DNA from: Candidatus Zixiibacteriota bacterium
GTDB taxonomy: Bacteria; Electryoneota; B3-LCP
Reading direction: 5' to 3'
Length of the DNA stretch: 64,000 nt
Assembly (NCBI GenBank): GCA_003599535.1
Contig: QZKQ01000056.1
Coordinates: 6,124 to 70,123, forward strand
Part shown: positions 56,736-64,000 of the stretch, piece after piece
Numbering within the stretch: the stretch's first letter is position 1
Layout: the number at the start of each line of letters is the position of its first letter
Program-made: the position numbers and the translations under genes
The notes under the pieces: model-generated
What the model was told of the DNA's origin: nothing
The model's input: the letters and a program-made list of their open reading frames with translations, nothing else
Databases searched by the model: none

Positions 56736-58934
56736 TCATTCCGGGGCCGCCGCCTCGAGGTTGCACACGAAGCAGCGGAAGGGGTAGCCGAACCCTCCCG
56801 GCCCCTGCAATCCCGAGGGCAGCAGCTCGTTGACGTTGCTGCGCCGCACCCCGAAGAGTTCCGGCGCGGCGGCCTCGCGTTCCGGGAACCACCAGCCGCT
56901 GTCGCAGTGCACGATCCCCGGCGCGAACCGGTCGCTGACGCGAGCCCGCATCAGGCAACTGCCGAAGGGGCTGTACACCCGCACGGGGTCCCCGTCGCCC
57001 ACGCCGGCTTGCGCGGCCGTGTCGGGGTGGAGATCGGCCAGGGGTTCCGGCTGCCGGCGGCGCAGCGCGGGGAGGTTGCGGTGCTCCGAGCCGAAGTAGT
57101 AGGGCCGCCGCGAACCGCTAGTCAATATATATGGGTAATTTTGGACGCCGTATTGGTGACGGTAATCACCCATGTAATCATGGTAATGCGGGGTGGAAGC
57201 CAGCCCCATGGCCCGCAGCGCCGGCGAGTCCAGCTCGACCTTGGCCGACGGGGTGGCGAACCCCGGAGCGCCGTCGCCGCGCAGCCGGCCGCTCTCGTGT
57301 TTTCCGTATTCCAGCGGCGGCACCTGCGATCCCCGCTCGCGCAGTTCGGCGAAGGTGAGCCCCGAAGGCTTCAGCCGCTCTTCGATCCACTCCCCGGCAT
57401 CTTTCCAGGGGAAGCGGTGCGGCGCGACCCGGCGGCCCACGGCCAGGACGATCTCGGCGTCGCTGCGGCACTCCCCCGGCGGGTCCACCGCCCGGTTGAT
57501 GGTCCCCAACTGGGCGAAGTGAACGTACAGACTGTCCTTTTCCGGGTACATGGCCGCGGGCAGGATCACGTCCGCCAGGGCCACCGCTGCGGGGTTCAGG
57601 AACACGTCCACCATGACCATGAAATCCAGCGTGCCGAACAGTCGCAGCACCCGCCCGGGGTCGGCGAAGGAGGAGGGCACGATCCCCGTCCCCTGCAGCC
57701 AGGCCGCCTTGATAGGGTAGGGCTGCCCCGTCTCCATCTGGTCCAGCAGCACGTCGGGCTGGGCGTAGGGGTTGCCGGTCTCCAGCAGGGGGTAGCGTCC
57801 CGCCCCGAGCCGCGGGGATTGGACCTCGGGGAAGGCGGCCGCCTCGTCCCCGCGGCGCAGCACCCCGAAGGGCGATCCCTGCAGCACGTTGCCGCCGGGC
57901 GTTTCCAGGCTGCCGGTCAGGGCGACCAGGGCCAGCAGCCCGTGGATGGTCCCCAGGCAGCCCGGGTTCATGTCCACGGACACTCCCCACACCAGGGGGA
58001 AAGGCCGCGCCCACCCCAGGAAGCGCGCCGCTTCGGTCAGGGCGGCGGCGTCCACCCCGGTCAGTTCGGCGGTGCGCTCCGGGGTGTAGGGTTCGGCCGC
58101 CGTCCGCAGCGCTTCCAGGCCCAGGATCCAGTCGCGGCAGAAGGCCTCGTCCACCAGCCCGGCGTGGAACAGCTCGCGGATCATTCCCAAAGCCAGGGCG
58201 CCGTCGGAACCGGGACGCAACCGCAGCCAGTGCCGCGCCCGGGCCGCCGCGCCGGTCTTCTGCGGATCCACCACCACCAGCTCGGCGCCGTCCCGCAGGC
58301 GGTCGGTCACCCAGCCTCCGAACAGGCCGTCGGGGTTGGATACCACCGGGTTGGAACCCCACACCAGGAGGGTGCGCGGCGTCCGGTACACGCCTGGCGG
58401 GGTGGCGAATTCGCCCAGGTCGGGCAGCGGCAGGCCGCCCAGAACGGCCGTGGACAGGGCCACCCGGGGGCGATAGCAGGCGTTGCCGTTGCCGGGCCCC
58501 AGGCCGAAATAGTTGGGGCTGCCGAAACTCCAGGCCAGGCGGGGCAGCCAGGCGCCCACGTCGCGGGCCGTGCCCTTGCAGAAGATGACGGATTCCGGCC
58601 CAAAGCGCTGCCGGATCTCCAGGAGGCGCCGGGCCACCAGGTCCGCGGCTTCGTCGAAGCCGGCCCGCCGCCAGCGATTCTCACCCCGCGCCCCCACCCG
58701 GATCAGCGGATGGGTCAGCCGCTGGGGGTGGTACATGGCCTGGGCGACGTTGCGCCCCCGGGGGCACATCCGCCCGTCATTGTGACGGTTGTCCCGGTCG
58801 CCCTCCACGTCCACCAGCCGGCCTCCCCGGACCCGCAGCAGGACGCCGCAGCCGCCGTGGCATCCCGGCGGCGACCAGCAGACCGAGCGGATGATCTCGG
58901 CGTCGCCTTCCCGGCGGCGGTACCCGGAGCTCAT
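56736..58934 (-). CDS. Cytoplasmic Mo/W-bisPGD oxidoreductase (DMSO reductase family, acetylene hydratase/catechol dehydroxylase-like)
   Basis: N-terminal CWSPPGCHGGCG...CPRG Fe-S motif, YHPQRLTHPL, WGSNP, VVVDP, ADVILPA, HPDTA; no Tat motif. Confidence 0.85.
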   Translation of the reverse strand: MSSGYRRREGDAEIIRSVCWSPPGCHGGCGVLLRVRGGRLVDVEGDRDNRHNDGRMCPRGRNVAQAMYHPQRLTHPLIRVGARGENRWRRAGFDEAADLVARRLLEIRQRFGPESVIFCKGTARDVGAWLPRLAWSFGSPNYFGLGPGNGNACYRPRVALSTAVLGGLPLPDLGEFATPPGVYRTPRTLLVWGSNPVVSNPDGLFGGWVTDRLRDGAELVVVDPQKTGAAARARHWLRLRPGSDGALALGMIRELFHAGLVDEAFCRDWILGLEALRTAAEPYTPERTAELTGVDAAALTEAARFLGWARPFPLVWGVSVDMNPGCLGTIHGLLALVALTGSLETPGGNVLQGSPFGVLRRGDEAAAFPEVQSPRLGAGRYPLLETGNPYAQPDVLLDQMETGQPYPIKAAWLQGTGIVPSSFADPGRVLRLFGTLDFMVMVDVFLNPAAVALADVILPAAMYPEKDSLYVHFAQLGTINRAVDPPGECRSDAEIVLAVGRRVAPHRFPWKDAGEWIEERLKPSGLTFAELRERGSQVPPLEYGKHESGRLRGDGAPGFATPSAKVELDSPALRAMGLASTPHYHDYMGDYRHQYGVQNYPYILTSGSRRPYYFGSEHRNLPALRRRQPEPLADLHPDTAAQAGVGDGDPVRVYSPFGSCLMRARVSDRFAPGIVHCDSGWWFPEREAAAPELFGVRRSNVNELLPSGLQGPGGFGYPFRCFVCNLEAAAPE

Positions 58935-60268
58935 GGTTCGCTCCCGGCCAGCACGTTTTTCCGGCCGAAGCGGAGGCCGTAGTGAAAGTGCAGCGCCAGG
59001 ACCGTGTTCAGCAGGGGCGAACGGCTCCGGCGGCAGAACAGGTCCTTCAGCCCGGCGGCCGAGCGGGGCAGCAGCGCCTCGTCGCTGACGGCCTCGCCGA
59101 AACGCAGCCGGGCCAGTGGCGTGCCCGGCTCCGGGCGGATGTAGCTGAACTTGTAGCGGATCAGGCGCCGGCCCAGGCGCCTGCGAGCCCGCAGCAGGAA
59201 CCGCGCCGCGGCCAGGAAGTCCTTCCAGCCCGATCCCGGCACCGCGGCGAAGAAGTTGTAGGAGACCCGCGCCTGCCCGTCCTGCGCCAGCAGGCCCAGG
59301 GAACGGTGCAGCGATTCCACCGTGGTCGCCTTGCCCAGGGTTTTCAGGGCCGAGGCCGTGGCAGCGTCGGGGGACAGGTAGAACTCGTCGCAGCCGGACT
59401 GCCGGGCCAGGGCGATGTATTCGGCGGTCAGGTAGCGATCCTGCTGGTAGGCCCCCCAGCGCACCTTCACGCCGCGATCCAGCAGGGCGCGGCAGACGGC
59501 TTGGGCGTGCCCGGCGGGGTGGTTGAACACCGGGTCGCAGAAGAACACCCGCTGCACACCGTAACGTTGCGCCAGGGTTTCCACTTCCGCCGCCACCCGT
59601 GCGGGGTCCTTCAGGCGCAGTCCGGACCCGCTGAGCTGGGGATAGGTGCAGTAGGCGCAGGCCAGGGCGCAGCCGCGCTTGGTTTCCACCCCCACGGCGG
59701 CGCGGTCGGCGTAGCGGGCGTAGGGCGCCAGGTCCACCAGCTCCCAGGCGGGGGGCGGAATGCGGTCGAAGTCCAGCCTCTCTCCGGGGCCGGAAAAGGT
59801 CACCGTCCCCCGGTCGCGGTACCACAGGCCCGGAATCGCGGCGGGGCCGCCGCCCCGGCAGAGGAATTCCGGGAAGGAGACGTCCGCCTCCAGGAAGAAC
59901 CCGGCGGCCAGTTCCGGAACCCGCTCCAGCACCAGCCGGGGAAAGAGCGAGAAGCCGCTGCCGCCCACGACCAGGACGGCGCGCGGCGCCAGCTTGCGCA
60001 GTTCCTGGACGAAGCGCTGAAAGTGTTCGAAGTAAAAGAAGGGATCGCTGTACTTGGTGGTGTCAATATTGCGCAGGGACAGGCCGATGAGGTCCGGCTG
60101 AAAGTCCTGAATGACGGAGCGAGTATCCTCCAGCGGGCGGCGTGCCACGTTGGGGTCGAACAGGCGGAGGGTGTGGTCGGAAAGGTGCGCCGCCAGGCTG
60201 GCCAGCCCCAGGGGCGCCACCGGAGGTTCCCGGCGGCCCAGGTACGACTGCAAGAGCAGGAGGCGCAT
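58931..60268 (-). CDS. Cobalamin-binding radical SAM protein
   Basis: PLGLASLAA, DLIGLSLRNID, VGGSGFS (B12 domain); ETKRGCALACAYC. Confidence 0.9.
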   Translation of the reverse strand: MRLLLLQSYLGRREPPVAPLGLASLAAHLSDHTLRLFDPNVARRPLEDTRSVIQDFQPDLIGLSLRNIDTTKYSDPFFYFEHFQRFVQELRKLAPRAVLVVGGSGFSLFPRLVLERVPELAAGFFLEADVSFPEFLCRGGGPAAIPGLWYRDRGTVTFSGPGERLDFDRIPPPAWELVDLAPYARYADRAAVGVETKRGCALACAYCTYPQLSGSGLRLKDPARVAAEVETLAQRYGVQRVFFCDPVFNHPAGHAQAVCRALLDRGVKVRWGAYQQDRYLTAEYIALARQSGCDEFYLSPDAATASALKTLGKATTVESLHRSLGLLAQDGQARVSYNFFAAVPGSGWKDFLAAARFLLRARRRLGRRLIRYKFSYIRPEPGTPLARLRFGEAVSDEALLPRSAAGLKDLFCRRSRSPLLNTVLALHFHYGLRFGRKNVLAGSEP

Positions 60269-60321
60269 AATGGCGTTTTTCCGGGATGACTGCGGCCGAA
60301 GATCTCAGCGGTGCTAATAGT

Positions 60322-60350
60322 AATATAGCATGGATGAAACGGAAAGTCAA
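60322..60350 (-). promoter_or_regulatory. Sigma70-type promoter of the radical SAM/Mo operon
   Basis: Minus strand TTGACT-N17-TATATT, about 55 bp upstream of 60268. Confidence 0.7.
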
Positions 60351-60426
60351 GTAAATAGTTGAGCAATGGGAAGGTTTTTTAACCCCGAAAGGATCGAATG
60401 AAAAGCCGTCCGCGAAATCCGGAATG

Positions 60427-60533
60427 GTAGGGGCGATGCCTTTGCCCTCCCGGGGCCACTTCCGTCAGGAGGCGGATCTGCATCCCCGAAAGGCGGCATT
60501 CCCCGGCATGTGGGACAGATGCTTCGCCCCTGC
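60427..60533. repeat. Single REPIN-like element of the GTAGGGGCGA family
   Basis: GTAGGGGCGATGCCTTTGCC...ACAGATGCTTCGCCCCTGC. Confidence 0.65.
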
Positions 60534-60561
60534 ACCTCCCTTAAAAAGAAGCCGGGCGCCG

Positions 60562-60593
60562 GGTCCCGCCGCTACGGAGATAGCGGCGGGACC
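60562..60593 (-). terminator. Strong hairpin downstream of the secreted protein gene
   Basis: GGTCCCGCCGCTA/TAGCGGCGGGACC perfect 13-bp stem. Confidence 0.55.
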
Positions 60594-60636
60594 AGGGGCC
60601 CGGATTAGAGCGCTCTATGGGTTAAAGCGCGATCCG

Positions 60637-62427
60637 TTATTTAAGCAGCATCCCCCGCTGCACCAGTACACGCCCCCCGGCTTCCAGGCGGAAGAAGTAG
60701 ATCCCGGAGGCCACCCCGGACGCATCCCAGACCGCCTCGTGGACCCCCGCCGGGCGGACGCCGTCCAGCAGGGTGGCCGTCCGGCGGCCCAAGGCGTCGT
60801 ACACCGCCAGGCGCACCAGCCCGGATTGCGGCAGCGAGAATGGCACCGTGGTCGCGGGATTGAAGGGGTTGGGGTGGGGTGGGGCCAGGGCGAATTCCGC
60901 AGGTTGCTGGGGAACGCCCGCCGGAGCCGGTTCTCCTGCATTCTCGCCCCAGGACAGGTCCCAGGCGGCCGCCTCGTCGCCACCCGGGTCTTGGCCGGTG
61001 ATGGTAAAGGCGAAGCTGGCGGCATCCCAGATCTCGCCCGGATTGGGGCCCGCGTTGACCGCGAGGAGGTACCCTCCAGGCGGTGCGGCTGCGGGAATGC
61101 CCAGGCGGACGGGCAGGGTGAGCTGCTGTCCGGGAGCCAGCGACAGCGGCGCGGGCGCGCCGAAGTTGATTTGCTGCCCCGTGGGCCGGGTGATCCGGAT
61201 CCAGGCCTGGAAGCCCTGCGCCTGGCCTGCCGTTTCGTCAAATCCCGCGCTGAATTCCAGCGTCCCGCCCGGAGGCACAGTGGTTGAGCCCGGAGTCAGC
61301 GTGACGGAGACCGGGGAGTTCAGGTCGAAGGCGCGCAGCCGGCCGTCGGCCGAGCCGACCACCAGCCGGCCGCCGGCCACCGCGGGGGAACTTTCCACGA
61401 AGCCTCCGGCCGGAGCCCAGTCCAGCACCGCCCCGGTGAAGGCGTCCAGGACGTATACCTTGCCTTCGTTGCTGCCCAGGTAGAGCGCTCCGTTGGCCAG
61501 GGCCGGGCTGGAAAGCAGCGCCCAATCGCCGAGAGAGCGGGTCCACAGGGGGGCGCCGTCGTCCAGGTCGTAGGCTGATACCGAGCCCTGGAAGCCGGCC
61601 GTGTACACCGCGCCGTAACCCACCGCCGGGGCCGCGTAGCGGAAGTCCATGGGGCCGAAATCCCGCTGCCAGACGACTGCACCCGTAGTAGAGGAAACCG
61701 CGGTCAGGCGGTTGAAGGACAGTCCGCCGCCGTTGGCGATGGAGCCGAACACCACCTTGCCCTCGGCGGCCACCGGCGCGCTGTACACCGCGCCCGGTGC
61801 GGTCACGGTCCACAGTGGGGCGCCCGCGGGGGTGAGGGCGTGGATCATCTCGTCATCGCCGGAGAAAAAGACGTTCTGCCCGTCGGTGGAGGGGGCGGTG
61901 CGCACGTCGCCGTCGGTGACCAGGGAGAAGACGGGGTTGCCGGTGGCGGCCTGGTAGGCGCGGAAGCGGTGATCCATGCCTCCGACGTATACCTGATCCT
62001 GGAACACCAGCGGGGAGGACTCCACCCAGGACCCGGTGACGGCCTGCCACAGCGGCGCACCGGTCACGGCGTCGAAGCAGTACACCTTGTGGTCGCTGGC
62101 GCCCAGGTAGATCCGCCCGCCGGCCACGGCCGGGGCGCCTTCCGACCAACTGCCCAGCATTTGCTGCCAGAGTGTTGCTCCGGTGGCGGCGTCCAGGCAG
62201 ACCAGCCTGGCATCCGCGGTGCCGACGTAAACGCGCCCGGCGGCCATAACCGGGGAGGCGTACACTGGTGATTCCAGGTCCGCCTCCCACAGGTGTACCA
62301 GGCCGGCAGTGGTTATTTCCGGGTTATGGCCGGTGCGCGCCGGGTTGCCGTGAAGCAGTGGCCAGTCGGCGCGCGCCGCCGGGAGCGGTAATCCGAGCAG
62401 CAGGGAGAGGAGTATCAAGCGTTTCAT
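60637..62427 (-). CDS. Secreted PQQ-like (BamB-type) beta-propeller protein with Ig-like module and C-terminal sorting domain
   Basis: Signal peptide; repeats SSPAVxxGxVYxGxxD...DAxTG..W; HPNPFNP...RGMLLK. Confidence 0.88.
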   Translation of the reverse strand: MKRLILLSLLLGLPLPAARADWPLLHGNPARTGHNPEITTAGLVHLWEADLESPVYASPVMAAGRVYVGTADARLVCLDAATGATLWQQMLGSWSEGAPAVAGGRIYLGASDHKVYCFDAVTGAPLWQAVTGSWVESSPLVFQDQVYVGGMDHRFRAYQAATGNPVFSLVTDGDVRTAPSTDGQNVFFSGDDEMIHALTPAGAPLWTVTAPGAVYSAPVAAEGKVVFGSIANGGGLSFNRLTAVSSTTGAVVWQRDFGPMDFRYAAPAVGYGAVYTAGFQGSVSAYDLDDGAPLWTRSLGDWALLSSPALANGALYLGSNEGKVYVLDAFTGAVLDWAPAGGFVESSPAVAGGRLVVGSADGRLRAFDLNSPVSVTLTPGSTTVPPGGTLEFSAGFDETAGQAQGFQAWIRITRPTGQQINFGAPAPLSLAPGQQLTLPVRLGIPAAAPPGGYLLAVNAGPNPGEIWDAASFAFTITGQDPGGDEAAAWDLSWGENAGEPAPAGVPQQPAEFALAPPHPNPFNPATTVPFSLPQSGLVRLAVYDALGRRTATLLDGVRPAGVHEAVWDASGVASGIYFFRLEAGGRVLVQRGMLLK

Positions 62428-62574
62428 CACAGACCTGTCAGGTGAAGTGGATGAATCGCCTCAGGCCGGCGCAGAGATCGCACCCGCCTGTTCCCAACGT
62501 ATCCGGAAAATGAAAGTCCGAATGAATGAGTCAGCCTACCAGCATACGGATTGGGCTCGACGCTTTCCGGCGGA

Positions 62575-62865
62575 TTAAAACCGGCGGCCTCCGCCCGACC
62601 GTCCGCCGCCGCGGCGGTCGTCGGTGCGGGGACGGGCCTCGTTCACCGTCAGCTTCTGGCCCTTCAGGTCGTGGCCGTTCAGGCCGTCAATGGCCGCCTG
62701 GGCTTCCGCCTTGCTGGGCATCTCCACGAAGCCGAAGCCGCGCGGTTCGCCGCTGAAGCGATCCTTGATGATGTTGACGGATTGCACGAATCCATGGGTT
62801 GCGAAGGCATCCCGCAGATCGTCCTCGGTAACGTCACGTGAGAGATTACCGACGTAGATGTTCAT
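62575..62865 (-). CDS. RRM RNA-binding protein
   Basis: IYVGNL (RNP2), RGFGFVEM (RNP1), Gly-rich tail. Confidence 0.95.
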   Translation of the reverse strand: MNIYVGNLSRDVTEDDLRDAFATHGFVQSVNIIKDRFSGEPRGFGFVEMPSKAEAQAAIDGLNGHDLKGQKLTVNEARPRTDDRRGGGRSGGGRRF

Positions 62866-62923
62866 GACTGTTTCCTTTCGATGGTGGTCTTTCTGTTTGG
62901 CAATATGCAGGTAATGGGTTATT

Positions 62924-63877
62924 TTAATGGTTTTCGAACCAGTTCAACGCCCGGCTCATGATGGTCATGGAGTACAGCGCGATGGTGACATGGTCGGCCA
63001 GGTACCAGTGGATCTCCTTGGGCGGGCCGGCGGCGTCGAAGAGTTGCTGGCCGGTGGGGACGATGTTGTCCAGCGTCCCGTTGTGCATCTGCAGCGCCAC
63101 CTCCGGGGAAGCGAAGGGGATCAGGTTGACGGGGTCCACCATGTCCATCAGGCGGGGGATCGTCTCGTAGTGGCCGTTCAATGCCTCGCGCATGGGGATG
63201 GCGGGAGGCAACTGGGAGATGGAAATCAGGTCCGTCCAGTTGCCGCCGGCCACGATCAGCGAGGCCGCGTCCAGCCGAGGTTCCACGCTCATGGTCAGCG
63301 CCCCCAGGATGCCCCCCATGCTGATGCCGATCAGGTGCAGCTCGTTGTCCATCACGTCGGGACGGGTCTGCAGGTAATCCAGCCCGCGGCGTGCATCCAT
63401 GACCGTGGTGGCCAGCGCCGCCCGGTCCTGAATGAAATTCAGGGAGAAAACGTCGCGCCCCGGTTCCGCCCGCTGCCCGTGGTACTGCGCGTCAATGGCC
63501 AGAATGACGTACGGCTCGCCGTAAATCGCTTCCACCAAGTAGATGACGTCGGCCAGGAAGCCGTCAATGGTGGAGGACATGCCGTACCCGTGCAGGTAGA
63601 GGATGGCGGGGTAGGGTCCGGGGCCGGCCCAGAAGGTCTTGGGCTTGATCAGGCTGCCGGTCACGGTTTCCCCGTGAACGCTCTGGTAGGTGACGGAGTA
63701 GCGGTAATGGAAGAAGGTGGTCTCTTCCAACTGTTCCGTGGCATTCAGCGGCTGACCGGCGTCGTAGGCGTAGTAGGGGAACAGATCGCCGGGATTGTAT
63801 TCCGTGGCGACGGACGGGAGAGCGAGGAGGCAGGCGGCCAGGAGTACCAGTCCGAAATATGCGTACGTACAGGTCAT
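62924..63877 (-). CDS. Exported alpha/beta hydrolase (esterase-like)
   Basis: YLHGYG, GISMGG nucleophile elbow, GTLDNIVP, ADH. Confidence 0.85.
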   Translation of the reverse strand: MTCTYAYFGLVLLAACLLALPSVATEYNPGDLFPYYAYDAGQPLNATEQLEETTFFHYRYSVTYQSVHGETVTGSLIKPKTFWAGPGPYPAILYLHGYGMSSTIDGFLADVIYLVEAIYGEPYVILAIDAQYHGQRAEPGRDVFSLNFIQDRAALATTVMDARRGLDYLQTRPDVMDNELHLIGISMGGILGALTMSVEPRLDAASLIVAGGNWTDLISISQLPPAIPMREALNGHYETIPRLMDMVDPVNLIPFASPEVALQMHNGTLDNIVPTGQQLFDAAGPPKEIHWYLADHVTIALYSMTIMSRALNWFENH

Positions 63878-64000
63878 GGGGGCATTCCCCAAGGGAAAAG
63901 GTCGAAATGGAAAGTGAGCGCGTTCAATATAACGAATATTATACGGCAAATCAAGAACGATTTAAGCTTTAGCTTTTGCGAAAATTCGTCCCGGCGGTGG

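Noticed and set aside
60269..60636. RiPP precursor peptide upstream of the rSAM operon
   Set aside because: The region holds a promoter, a REPIN and a hairpin; the 62-aa ORF 60347-60535 is repeat-derived and lacks an RBS

Overview
GC-rich bacterial chromosomal window. Four secreted proteins end in a 'PNPFNP...LLK' FlgD/T9SS-type-A-like C-terminal domain, while promoters are canonical TTGACW-N17-TATATT with GGAG Shine-Dalgarno sites. This suggests a non-Bacteroidetes FCB-group lineage (inference). All calls come from motif recognition by eye; no searches were run. (i) 1-26.7 kb: co-oriented (+) accessory genes, including an AT-richer 999-aa DUF5919-like/DUF89(ARMT1)-like/methyltransferase/TIR fusion that is a candidate anti-phage protein. 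(ii) 26.8-45.8 kb (+): M42 peptidase, hisS, an OPT transporter with a large insert, and a complete C5 heme pathway cluster (hemC-D-E-N-H-Y/G-ccsA-like-A-B, hemL) followed by a two-component system. (iii) 46.2-64 kb (-): secreted beta-propeller proteins flank an 11-gene, almost fully overlapping operon. It encodes a B12-radical SAM, a Mo-bisPGD enzyme, a TIM-barrel isomerase, three radical SAM/SPASM proteins, two methyltransferases, an NTP transferase, a CDP-alcohol phosphotransferase and its own MobA. This operon is the best candidate for an undescribed biosynthetic system (modified phospholipid head group or phosphodiester solute). Intergenic regions hold a 141-bp MITE with a TTA duplication, REP/REPIN-like elements, heptamer repeats and a relic of a deleted secreted-protein gene. 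No rRNA, tRNA or CRISPR array was recognised.
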